Virus record (IMG/VR): IMGVR_UViG_3300022752_000019
Span: 32,001 to 96,000 of that record
Strand: one strand, 5' to 3'
Source: a virus
Length of the DNA: 64,000 nucleotides
A program made the translations under genes and the position numbers. Below the pieces are notes generated by a model, which did not search any database, was not told the origin of the DNA, and saw only the letters and a program-made list of their open reading frames with translations. Shown one piece after another: positions 30,101-38,250 of the stretch. Numbering within the stretch: the stretch's first letter is position 1; each line of letters opens with the position of its first letter.

Positions 30101-33100
30101 CAAGCTCTTTCTCGGATGCCTTTAGTTCCTTGTTAACGTCGATGTCCCTTAGCTTCTCCTCGATGATGGCAAAGCCGGACTTCCGTCCAACCGCGCCCGA
30201 CTCGGTCAACAGCTTCTGGAACTCAGGCTTGGGCATCTTGAGGAGTAGGCGAATCGGCTCCTCAAACATGGGGTTGGGAATGCGCACACCCAACTCCATG
30301 TGTGTCCACTTGGTTCCCTCAAGGCCGCCAGTCTTGGCCTTATCGAATAGGCCGCCACGTTCTTCTTTGGTCAAAGAGCCCTTGGCTGCGAGTGTCTTCT
30401 CGGGGAATGCAAGGGCTCCCGAACTCTGGGCAATCGTCTGCTTGTCCGTCATCGGCATGAGCGAGTACTCGCGGCCCTTACGGTCCGTGTAGACGCCCAT
30501 CGCGCGAAGGTAGTGAGTGAACTGCTCCATTGAGCGCGGAACTTTCGGAGGAGGCGGACGCTCTCCACGCATGATGCGTGTCCACACGTCCTCCGCCTGT
30601 TCGCGGTCGGACTTGTAAGTCTGCATCTCACGAAGGTTCTGCTTGGCCCCGTGGGCAAGCAGGGTGTAGGTGTCCAGGCCGCCAATGCGCTGACCGCCCT
30701 CTCCGAGGCCCGATCCCTGTGATGCCTCGCCGGTGGTCTTGTACGCATAGCCGAAGCCGCCAGCACGAGCAGAGATCTTTTTCTCGGCCTGATGGTCCAG
30801 CTTCAGGATGTACTGATGGCCCGTGAGAACCTGTCCCAGGCTCTCGCCTGTCTCCGGATCAAAAAGCTCATCGGTATCGGAGATCTTGTGCTTCTTGAGT
30901 TCCTCCTTGACGAGAGCTGCGTAGTCAGTGCCCGGCTCAAAGTTGTTGATCACGAAAGGCTTGCCGGTCTTGAGGGCAACCTTGCTGACCGCAGTCTCGA
31001 GCACCTGTCCAGGGTTCATACGCGAAGGAATGCCCGCTGGAGACAGCAGGACGTGAACTGGATTACCGTCCTTGTCCTTCGGCATCTTGTCATCGGGCAG
31101 AATCTTAGTAACAATGCCCTTGTTTCCGTGACGACCAGAGAGCTTGTCGCCGACCTCCATGGTCTGCTCGGTGCGAATGAACACGGCGATCTTGCGGCCA
31201 TTGTTCGACACGCGAGCTACGGTTCCGCCGTACTCGTGATCCCAGCGAACGCCTGCATCGGTGTAGTCCTGAATGGCTCCCTTTAGCCGGCGACGGATGT
31301 CCTCGGTATCCTTGGACATGACCTGCTTCTGGAGCTTGGCGATCAGTACGTCACCAGGCTCAACTTTCTGCCCTACGCGGATCACTCCATCGTCGTCGAG
31401 CTTCTGAAGGATCTCTGGGGTCGCCTTGACGGGACCAGCGTACTGACGCCACATCTTCTTGTTGACGACAACGTTCGGGTGCATCTCGGCTTCTGCCGAG
31501 TGCAGATGGCTGGAGATCAACTTCTGCGCGGCTGACTCCGAGATGACGACGCCGTCCTCGAAGTTGTACCCACGGTACGGGATGTACGCGACACGCAGAT
31601 TTGTACCAAGCGCCAGCTTGCCGCCCTTGGTGAAGTTGGAGTCCGCGAGAAGCTGCCCTCTACGAACTTTGTCTCCTACTGCGACCTTGGGCTCCGAGTG
31701 GAGCATGTGCTTCGCGCCGTTGAGCGGGAAGTTCTCATACAGCGCGTGGGTGTACCGCTTCTTATCGTCGCCCTCGACAACAATGCGCTGCTTAGAGACC
31801 TCGATGACTTTACCGTCCGCGTCCGAGGTGATTGCCGCGGTCGCGCCTACGATGTCTTCGTAGGACGCTCCACCGGAAGCCTGGGTCTGAACAAGGGGGG
31901 CCTCTCTTTCGCGAAGTCCTACAGCTTGCTCCTGGTGCTTGGCCGCCATCATTGCGCGGTTGCCGTTGTCGTTTTGGACGAACGGGATCAGGTTCGCGCT
32001 GGCTGCAAATAGCAGCTTGGACGATGGGAGGATGTAGTCAACCTCCTTCCACGGACGCTTTGAAGTGTTCCGGTCGCTGTCGTAGACCACGACGTGCGAG
32101 GCAAGTGGAGTGACCTTTACCGACCCGTCTGGCTTGCGCTCAACCTTTGCCTGATCAGGGTACGCAACGACAGCATGTTCGAGATCGGCCGCCGTCTTGT
32201 GCTCAATCTTGCCTGTGCGCACGTTGACGACTTGCGCATGGAGGTCGTGACCGACCTTCTTTGCTCCAAGTGGGACGTGTAGGATGATGCCCGTGTGCGA
32301 GCTTTCTGGAGTCTGAAGAGGGTCAAGCAACCCGAGGTGGCTCGGATTGATCAACTTGTCTTCCATCAGATTGACGTTCTCTCCCTTGATGCCTCCGAAC
32401 TCCGCACCGAGGATGGTCGTACGCGTGTGGTTCGAGACAAACTGAAGCGGGTTTGTCTGGGTGGGCAACTGTCCGGCCTTGAAAGGCTTCAGAATGGCAG
32501 CTCCGTAGCCGGAGGCGGACGCTGGGATGATGTCCTGGATCGAGGTCTTGCGGTCTACGTTGTTTCGGATCTTGCGAGTCAGGGCGTAGACAGTCTTACC
32601 CTTGGTAAGCTCCTCGTAGACATAGTCCTCTGCGCCGAACAGCCTCTTGTTTGAAAGGGACTGCCGGTCATCCTCGGGCACATCGCCACGGCTAATGTCA
32701 ACAAGCTTCTTCGCCGAGAGAAGCAACGCCTCTCCGGTGATCTTGTCGAACTCCTTGCCAAATGCGGCCTTCATCGTCTGAGGGCTGACCTCGGCCCCCT
32801 CAAAGACTTCCTTGGTGAACTTGGCTGCTTCCGCTACAGAGGGGGCCTTGTAGTTCTCCCCTTCCTTACGTGCCTCGATCGCTTTGTGGAACTTCAGGAT
32901 GTCCGTAGGAGAACTCTTGGCGCGGTTAATCTCGAAGATCTTATCGCCAAGCGCACTTCGGATCTTGCTGTCGTCGACACCCATCGCAGACAGAACCGCG
33001 TACACAGGAATCTGGACAGTAGAGGATCCGCTACTCTTGACGTCCATCGTCATCAAGCCAAGCTTCTTCGGATCCTTGCGCTCGATGTAGATGTCGAAAG

Positions 33101-33551
33101 AGCCAACCTTGCTCCCTGCCGCGACGTTCCACTTTGCCAGAAGATCGCCGTTCTGCGCTTCGGCATGGTAGGCGCCAGGATTCAGCCGAAATACGCTGTC
33201 CAGCTGCATCTCGTTGCCGTTAACGATGTAGCTGTAGCGAGTTGTGATCTTGGGGATCTTTCCAAGCGTCCGGGGCTTCTCATCAAGAACTTTCCCGGTG
33301 GCCTTGTCGATCAGTCGGAACACTCCGACGATGTCTGGTCCCCATGTCCTGTCATTCAGCCGAGCTTCAAGCTGACTGTTGTAGTTTGCAGGATTGAACT
33401 GCGCCGCTCCGGACGCTGAGCTGTCCTCGACCTCGATGCGCACAAGCTCCAATCGGTGCTTGCTTCCCTCAATCGGAAAGTGAGACGAAATTGCCTCTTT
33501 CGTCTTCTGCACCAGGAGATTGTAGCTTTCAATCGGGTTCAAGTTGGACAT
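27192..33551 (-). CDS. rpoBC: Single-chain DNA-directed RNA polymerase, beta-beta' fusion
   Basis: beta motifs (GYNFEDG, GDKLSGRHGNKG, PSRMNPGQ, GGQRIG) precede beta' motifs (LGKRQDLSGRSVI, NADFDGD at 29328-29348, HGARKG, GEPITQMQMRTFHTGG) in one ORF. Confidence 0.97.
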   Translation of the reverse strand: MSNLNPIESYNLLVQKTKEAISSHFPIEGSKHRLELVRIEVEDSSASGAAQFNPANYNSQLEARLNDRTWGPDIVGVFRLIDKATGKVLDEKPRTLGKIPKITTRYSYIVNGNEMQLDSVFRLNPGAYHAEAQNGDLLAKWNVAAGSKVGSFDIYIERKDPKKLGLMTMDVKSSGSSTVQIPVYAVLSAMGVDDSKIRSALGDKIFEINRAKSSPTDILKFHKAIEARKEGENYKAPSVAEAAKFTKEVFEGAEVSPQTMKAAFGKEFDKITGEALLLSAKKLVDISRGDVPEDDRQSLSNKRLFGAEDYVYEELTKGKTVYALTRKIRNNVDRKTSIQDIIPASASGYGAAILKPFKAGQLPTQTNPLQFVSNHTRTTILGAEFGGIKGENVNLMEDKLINPSHLGLLDPLQTPESSHTGIILHVPLGAKKVGHDLHAQVVNVRTGKIEHKTAADLEHAVVAYPDQAKVERKPDGSVKVTPLASHVVVYDSDRNTSKRPWKEVDYILPSSKLLFAASANLIPFVQNDNGNRAMMAAKHQEQAVGLREREAPLVQTQASGGASYEDIVGATAAITSDADGKVIEVSKQRIVVEGDDKKRYTHALYENFPLNGAKHMLHSEPKVAVGDKVRRGQLLADSNFTKGGKLALGTNLRVAYIPYRGYNFEDGVVISESAAQKLISSHLHSAEAEMHPNVVVNKKMWRQYAGPVKATPEILQKLDDDGVIRVGQKVEPGDVLIAKLQKQVMSKDTEDIRRRLKGAIQDYTDAGVRWDHEYGGTVARVSNNGRKIAVFIRTEQTMEVGDKLSGRHGNKGIVTKILPDDKMPKDKDGNPVHVLLSPAGIPSRMNPGQVLETAVSKVALKTGKPFVINNFEPGTDYAALVKEELKKHKISDTDELFDPETGESLGQVLTGHQYILKLDHQAEKKISARAGGFGYAYKTTGEASQGSGLGEGGQRIGGLDTYTLLAHGAKQNLREMQTYKSDREQAEDVWTRIMRGERPPPPKVPRSMEQFTHYLRAMGVYTDRKGREYSLMPMTDKQTIAQSSGALAFPEKTLAAKGSLTKEERGGLFDKAKTGGLEGTKWTHMELGVRIPNPMFEEPIRLLLKMPKPEFQKLLTESGAVGRKSGFAIIEEKLRDIDVNKELKASEKELAEASENELNVAYKRVRYLRALKELGIKPVDAYTNKVLPVLPPSLRRVSIGFDGTQIIDPANKMYAIIGQMVKQLEQAEKEKMPIGEIQKVQAQIYETTKALRVTGMQMEGKQVPSLMDKMTGLRQPKQSFFQSGVLGKRQDLSGRSVITPDPEMPLDEVGVPREMAMEMYKPFVIKELWRNMGRATSPGEARMMIKKNHPAANEALERVVRDRPAMMKRDPALHLFSILAFRPRLIEGKSIKIHPLVTGGFNADFDGDTMALYVPITDAAVQEAKNMMPSKNLFSPTSGGLMVTPSQDSVLGIFQATEWGKPVSGEFTEEQAIQAVKAGKIKSYNVIKVKGLKKPTTAGRLMINATLPQQFKGDEDLLYDPSFRMAKGSMKRFATRVARAEPEEFSKMIDQWKTIGFNLAFKNGSSVSINDFHDGFKLRDEVLVKYKKEEDSILKGSGSKQQKDEKIIALYQKAQKELKQVGEARYNSRLDNRMWDWARSGAKGDWNQFGQMVMGPMLVQDPMNQTVPFAITKSFGEGLPVSQYYASLHGARKGTIDRASATAKPGALTKELINTVIDNTIKSKDCGTIRGALLSSMEADIEGRFLAGEVPLKGGEAIPKGTLITPQIRSKIKNDGPKKILVRSPLHCNEVKGICATCYGLSERGSLYPIGTNVGIIAGHALGEPITQMQMRTFHTGGVGGTSGVGDYFTAAEDLFKVPKKLKGAAVLSTVAGKVEKIENDALGGKIVTIDGKQHVVPFTSPLLPSIRVGVEVDKAEALSEGRKNPHDILAITKNMGAVRTHIADSLNELYVETTGNERRRNIETVIRAMTDLTRVDDPGDDHAYLRGQLVPMSEIERKNKELRSMNKREIKHTPQLKAMNKMPLAGQEDWMARLNFQRLEETYVEGAAQNWKSDIHGHPIAGIAHGAEFGLEPPGAVKLPNAPGVPDRMVNVPKATLPGKPAPTTPSERKTSGFLSFF

Positions 33552-33571
33552 TAAAAATGTCTCCGATAGAG

Positions 33572-33579
33572 GTCATAAG
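33572..33579 (+). promoter_or_regulatory. Candidate phage promoter motif GTCATAAG, overlapping minus-strand TATACT (33578-33583)
   Basis: In the divergent gap beside the RNAP start; upstream A-tract. Confidence 0.55.
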
Positions 33580-33617
33580 TATAACAGCCGGAGCATAACA
33601 CCGGCAAAGGAGATCAC

Positions 33618-33692
33618 ATGGGCAACTATTCCGGCCCCGACGAAGGAGCCTCAAATCCGTTCAAGGACACCGATCGCTTCGGCGATTGGTAA
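33618..33692 (+). CDS. 24-aa micro-ORF MGNYSGPDEGASNPFKDTDRFGDW
   Basis: Strong SD AAGGAGA, first ORF after the promoter motif. Confidence 0.45.
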   Translation: MGNYSGPDEGASNPFKDTDRFGDW

Positions 33693-33693
33693 G

Positions 33694-33780
33694 ATGGTGC
33701 TGTTTTTCTGGATGGCGGCGATCGTCGCCGCCATCCAATCGTCGAGTGACGTCCTCGAGGACGAGCTTGGCGAGGAGTAG
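33694..33780 (+). CDS. 28-aa micro-ORF MVLFFWMAAIVAAIQSSSDVLEDELGEE
   Basis: ATG 1 nt after the previous stop; hydrophobic N-half with an acidic tail. Confidence 0.35.
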   Translation: MVLFFWMAAIVAAIQSSSDVLEDELGEE

Positions 33781-33845
33781 ACGATTCGGGCGCCTCCGAG
33801 CCAGACTTCAGTCTGAGCTCGGAGGCTTGCCCTCGCGTCCTCACT
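33709..33845 (+). ncRNA. Putative structured RNA element (two strong hairpins)
   Basis: 13-bp perfect stem at 33709-33737; 15-bp bulged stem at 33792-33826 with extendable flanking pairing. Confidence 0.35.
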
Positions 33846-33925
33846 CTTCAGCACTTTTATTTAAGACGCAGGAAGAAGATACTCTAAAAGAGTACTGTCC
33901 TCTGATCGGCGAGAGGTGCGGAGTA

Positions 33926-34090
33926 ATGGAATGTCGAGGGTGCCCGGCCATCCCAGAAGGAAGATGGATGTGCTCTGTCTGCGCAAAGCCTCACAGTGTC
34001 CAGCCGTTCTGGACGTCGGGACACTGTGATGCCTGCGGCATAGAGTCAAGTTTCCTTTCCCTGGTGCCAGATGCTTCCCTTCGTATGTGA
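33926..34090 (+). CDS. Small Cys-rich (Zn-finger) protein
   Basis: CRGC, CSVC, CDAC; start uncertain. Confidence 0.5.
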   Translation: MECRGCPAIPEGRWMCSVCAKPHSVQPFWTSGHCDACGIESSFLSLVPDASLRM

Positions 34091-34325
34091 CCACTGTGGC
34101 GCAGAGGCCGCGAAAGACGACAAGATGATCAGCGTTGCTCGGCACCGTGTCGTTCGTCGTCCGCGAAAGTGGGACATCGAGGACGAGGCATTTGCCACGC
34201 TTGGAAGCGAGGCCATGTTTCATGAGCAGTGCTTCGTAGACAACGCGCGAGAGATCCTCGCCGCGCTCTACGAAGGTCTTCCGATCGAGCAGCCCAGGAA
34301 GAGACCGGCTTACCTCGTGCGATGA
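34071..34325 (+). CDS. Small Zn-finger-like protein
   Basis: CDHC...FHEQC. Confidence 0.55.
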   Translation: MLPFVCDHCGAEAAKDDKMISVARHRVVRRPRKWDIEDEAFATLGSEAMFHEQCFVDNAREILAALYEGLPIEQPRKRPAYLVR

Positions 34326-34327
34326 GG

Positions 34328-36394
34328 TCAGCCGATGGCTCTTCCTGGGTCTGCCTGCGGAGTTCCGTTAGGGGCTGGATTTTGCTGCGCGTTCAGCGGG
34401 TTGACCTGCGATCCCTTGTCATTCATTAGCTGAACAACCAGTTGATACAGCGGTGGGTTCTCAGTCTGCATCTGCTGAAGCGCCTGATACATTGCCTGCT
34501 CACCCTGTTCTTTCTTTAGCGTACGGAAGTACGCGACGGCGCGCTGAGCGACGTACCGCAGGTCTACTCCCCCTGAGCCCGGTTGAATCTGCGACTGAAC
34601 GCCTGCCATGGCAGCAGGCATGCCGGATTCGTTGGGAGCGCCTGCATTTTCTGCATAGGCAGTTGCGCCCTCTGGGAGCCCAGGAGTTTGCTGAGCAGCA
34701 TCGCCAGCCGGGGCCGCCTGCTGCTGTGCAGCGGCTTGCGCGGCGGCTTGCGTGGCGGCTTGCGCGGCGGCGGGGTCTTGTACTCCCATTTGCTGCTGGG
34801 CCTGCTGCATCTGCTGCTGCATCTCCATCTGCGCCTGACCCTGCGCCTTTAGCGTAAGGGCCTGTGCCTTCGCCTGGTAGCGTGAGGTACGAAGCTGCGC
34901 CTCTCCTTGAATGTCGGCAGAGGCAACCTGCATCTTGCGGTTGGCTTGGATCTGCTTCTTGATTTCGCGCCCCATGCGCTCAGATTCAAGATCGAAGTCC
35001 TCGCCCAGTTCCTCCATGAGGCGATGGTCGCTGATCTTCTGCGCTTGGTTGAGCTGGAGGTAGAACATGCTCCTTTGGAGGTCGTCGGCCATGCGGAACT
35101 TGTCGAACCGCGAAGAAACCCGCGGCCACTCCATGAATGCCGCAATCTTCTGCATAATGAAGACGTTGATTAGCTCATGGCGCTGCTTGTTGTAGCCGAG
35201 GAACATGTTCTCGAGCGCGCGGAGCGACGTGCTGGACCCGGACCATTGAAGTCCGCCGAAGATGAACTCCACCGGAATGCCTGCGCCTGCGAGCATCTGT
35301 TCGGCCAGGAGTCTCATCTCCTGGTACATCAGAAGGGCTCGCCCCTGGCCGCCGATCTGCTGGAACCCGATGTTGACAGGTAGGACCGGGATGTAGTTGT
35401 GATCCCGTTTCCACATGTTGATCTCTTCATCGACCCGACGCTTCCAGTTCGTCAGGTTGTAGGCCCCATAAGGCCCTTCATTACCTCCGGTGTTCTGTCC
35501 TGGGAAGATCATCCGCATCGGGACGATATTTTCCATAAGGATCGCTTCGTTCGCCTTCTTCATTACCTGAAGGTAGAACGCGTCCTTCAGGAGCGGGAAG
35601 ATGAGGGGTGTTCCCCAGCCCTGGTCCTTCTGCGCGATTGTCGGGCGCTTCAGGTGGTACAGGTTCTCCTCTGAGAAGAGGAGTGACTTGCCTGCGCGCG
35701 CGGCCTCGAGGAACTCAAGAGGCAGGCTCTCGATCTCGTCACAGTCCCCCATTTTGATGTCGTTGATCACGCTCTTGGGCAGGCGGAAGTAGTACTTCGT
35801 CTGCCCAGTGATCTCGTTGTGCTTGATGTCGATGTTTTCCGGGTTCCAGCGGACCAGTCGAATCTGCCGGAACGAGCGGATGTACACATCGTGCTGCTTG
35901 GCGTAGCCCTCGTGGCCGCAGTCGCACTTGTGCAGGTAGAAGCGAGAGTCGCGCCACTTGTAGCGAAAGCGGTTGGTCTTGGCACGATAGCGTGCCCCGC
36001 AGGAGCTACAGATCAGGTACTTCTCAAAGGGAAGGAACACGGAGACAAACGCGTTCCCGTACACGAAGTAGTCCAGGCCGACCTCGACCTGGAACGAACG
36101 TAGCTTGAGGTGGTCTTCGACCTTCTTGTAGAGCTTGATGACCTCTGGATCATCAGTCTCAAAGATCAGAGGCGTCACCGGATACTCGGCCATCTTTGAA
36201 CAGGCCGCGTTGATCACTGGATTGGTTAGGAAGTAGTACCGGCACCACTTGTGGAGTTCGTGCTGATTGGCCGGAAGAAACTGCTGGGAGATGTCAAAGA
36301 ACGGCGATGGGTAGCGGATGCCAAAGCCTCGCCCACCCTCGGCAGTAACGGGCCGAGGGTTGAAGCGGTTGACCTCGCTTGTGACGACGTTCAT
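34328..36394 (-). CDS. Portal protein
   Basis: NPVINAACSKMAEYP, DYFVYGNAF, and LYHLK...GWGTPLI portal-type motifs; Gln/Ala-rich C-tail. Confidence 0.8.
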   Translation of the reverse strand: MNVVTSEVNRFNPRPVTAEGGRGFGIRYPSPFFDISQQFLPANQHELHKWCRYYFLTNPVINAACSKMAEYPVTPLIFETDDPEVIKLYKKVEDHLKLRSFQVEVGLDYFVYGNAFVSVFLPFEKYLICSSCGARYRAKTNRFRYKWRDSRFYLHKCDCGHEGYAKQHDVYIRSFRQIRLVRWNPENIDIKHNEITGQTKYYFRLPKSVINDIKMGDCDEIESLPLEFLEAARAGKSLLFSEENLYHLKRPTIAQKDQGWGTPLIFPLLKDAFYLQVMKKANEAILMENIVPMRMIFPGQNTGGNEGPYGAYNLTNWKRRVDEEINMWKRDHNYIPVLPVNIGFQQIGGQGRALLMYQEMRLLAEQMLAGAGIPVEFIFGGLQWSGSSTSLRALENMFLGYNKQRHELINVFIMQKIAAFMEWPRVSSRFDKFRMADDLQRSMFYLQLNQAQKISDHRLMEELGEDFDLESERMGREIKKQIQANRKMQVASADIQGEAQLRTSRYQAKAQALTLKAQGQAQMEMQQQMQQAQQQMGVQDPAAAQAATQAAAQAAAQQQAAPAGDAAQQTPGLPEGATAYAENAGAPNESGMPAAMAGVQSQIQPGSGGVDLRYVAQRAVAYFRTLKKEQGEQAMYQALQQMQTENPPLYQLVVQLMNDKGSQVNPLNAQQNPAPNGTPQADPGRAIG

Positions 36395-38250
36395 GACTGA
36401 TTGTCCTTTTTCTGCCCGAACGAACTATCGAGCAAGTTTGCAGCGCCGCCAGCAATATCTGCGCCGATATTTTCAGCAGTCGTTCCAATTGCCATTCCGC
36501 CGACTGCCGGAACAATGCCTTTGGCACTGAAGCCTGATCTGCCCGTGTTGGTGAAGAGATTGGACTTACTGAGCCCGAGGTTTCGTCCGCCAAAAAGATG
36601 ACCCGTTGCCGACGCAGTGCCGGCAACTGCCAGTCCCCTTGCAAGTCTTTCTGCGGTACTTCTCTTCTTTCCGGTTTCTGGATCAACCTCCTCAGAGGCA
36701 GCACCGACTCCTCCCAGAACAGGCGCCGCAACTTCCATTACTCGCTCGCCCGGGCCGTAGTACCACATGCCGCGATTTGTTGTTGCAGTGCCTGCGGCAG
36801 CCTGTTCTTGAGCCCGCCTGCCTAAAGTCCGGTACATGCTCTCGATTTTTCCATAGTCAACATTTTGGCCAGCCTGCGCCGCAGAGTCCATTTCATCAAT
36901 TAAAGACCGCAGGCTCTTAGCGGAGTCTTCGTCAAACGCCACGTTTTGGTACTTTTGCCTTCCAGCACTAAGAAATCCTGACCGGCGCAGACTGTCCACG
37001 ATTCCTGGGGAGCCTTGTACCTCATCAAGGGCTTTAAACTGGTCAACTCTACCAACAAGTGGTTTGTTGGCCGCTGCTTGACTACGCAACGTCTCATCTA
37101 AGTTGCGCAAACTTTCCGACATAAGCTCTACTCGCTTAGACTGCGCAGCCCCTCGTGCAAACTCATCGGCTCCTTCTCCTACGTAGCTTGCACCGGTCCT
37201 TAGCCCACGACCCATTGACGTTATGGGCTTAGTTACGACCTCCTTAACTGTGGTCAAGAACTTACCGGCCCGGGCCGGGTTTCTCAGCAACGCGGCGCCG
37301 ATCAATCCCGCGCCGCCTACAGACACCGGATTAACGTGCTTCAAGATTGGAGACGATGGTTGTTTGCTCTGAGTCCCAGGGATCTGTACCTGATCATCAG
37401 GGTTTATAACGTTGTGTGCCGAAATAGCTTTTGGAACATCCGCAATTCCTGCCGTCTTTGTCGCCTGCAATGAAGCAGTGAACTCAAGCAGATCTCCGAT
37501 GCCCTCCATGAGCTTCGATGCGCAGATGTCGTCAGCAGTCTCTTTAAGCGTATGACCGCCGACCGACAGGGCGCGGACAAGCGCCTTCTGAACTCCCGCA
37601 GTCGGGAGTTTCGTGACGACTTTGACTTTGGAGCCGTTGAACTTCTTTTTTAGCTCCTCATCAGGTTCCATCTTCAGAAGGCTGTCGGTGTTGTAACGAT
37701 CGGTGCAGTAGCTACAGAGACCGTCTTCTTTTGGCTCTTCCTCGTTTCCGCACTCACCGCAGACCTGCGTGACCTTTGAGATCAGGGGGTTGAGGAACTC
37801 CAGCGGCTCAGGCACATACCAGATCCCGGACTCGTGAAGCTGCGCCGCCATGTATCGACGCACCTCCTCAGAGAACTCTGGGATGTCGCCGATCGTTCCA
37901 AGGTCCAATCTGATGCGATTCGCAGCATCCACTGCGAGCATTAGGTCGGAGACCGACTGATTGTCGATGTGAGATACGGACGGGATCTTTCCAACGAGCG
38001 CCTGGGAGACCGTGTGGAACGTCTCCCAGCTCGTCCAAAACTGATCGTGGTTGGCGACAGACACCGCCGCCATCAACTTGATCAGAACTACGCGCGGAAT
38101 GTTGATCTTGAGACGGCTCTCCACTGACCGCTTGATGACAAACGGCTCCCACTCCAACGCACCGACACCGAAGAGTCGGAGGTAGGATCGAAGAAGAAGA
38201 AGCGGGTGCGTCTTCTCATTCTTGAAGGTCTGAAGATCAGTAGCCTCCAT
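36391..38250 (-). CDS. Virion protein with Zn-ribbon N-half and lower-GC glycine-zipper extension
   Basis: Likely start MEATD at 38250; CGEC...CSYC; after TKTAG (37447-37458) the composition shifts. Confidence 0.7.
   Translation of the reverse strand: MEATDLQTFKNEKTHPLLLLRSYLRLFGVGALEWEPFVIKRSVESRLKINIPRVVLIKLMAAVSVANHDQFWTSWETFHTVSQALVGKIPSVSHIDNQSVSDLMLAVDAANRIRLDLGTIGDIPEFSEEVRRYMAAQLHESGIWYVPEPLEFLNPLISKVTQVCGECGNEEEPKEDGLCSYCTDRYNTDSLLKMEPDEELKKKFNGSKVKVVTKLPTAGVQKALVRALSVGGHTLKETADDICASKLMEGIGDLLEFTASLQATKTAGIADVPKAISAHNVINPDDQVQIPGTQSKQPSSPILKHVNPVSVGGAGLIGAALLRNPARAGKFLTTVKEVVTKPITSMGRGLRTGASYVGEGADEFARGAAQSKRVELMSESLRNLDETLRSQAAANKPLVGRVDQFKALDEVQGSPGIVDSLRRSGFLSAGRQKYQNVAFDEDSAKSLRSLIDEMDSAAQAGQNVDYGKIESMYRTLGRRAQEQAAAGTATTNRGMWYYGPGERVMEVAAPVLGGVGAASEEVDPETGKKRSTAERLARGLAVAGTASATGHLFGGRNLGLSKSNLFTNTGRSGFSAKGIVPAVGGMAIGTTAENIGADIAGGAANLLDSSFGQKKDNQS

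Noticed and set aside
27192-33551. Bacterial chromosomal rpoBC fusion or host contamination
   Set aside because: Flanked by spike, head and portal genes rather than ribosomal protein genes, and strongly divergent and shortened.
34720-34840. Short nucleotide repeats (GCGGCTTGCG, CTG runs)
   Set aside because: Explained by AAQA/poly-Q coding in the portal tail.
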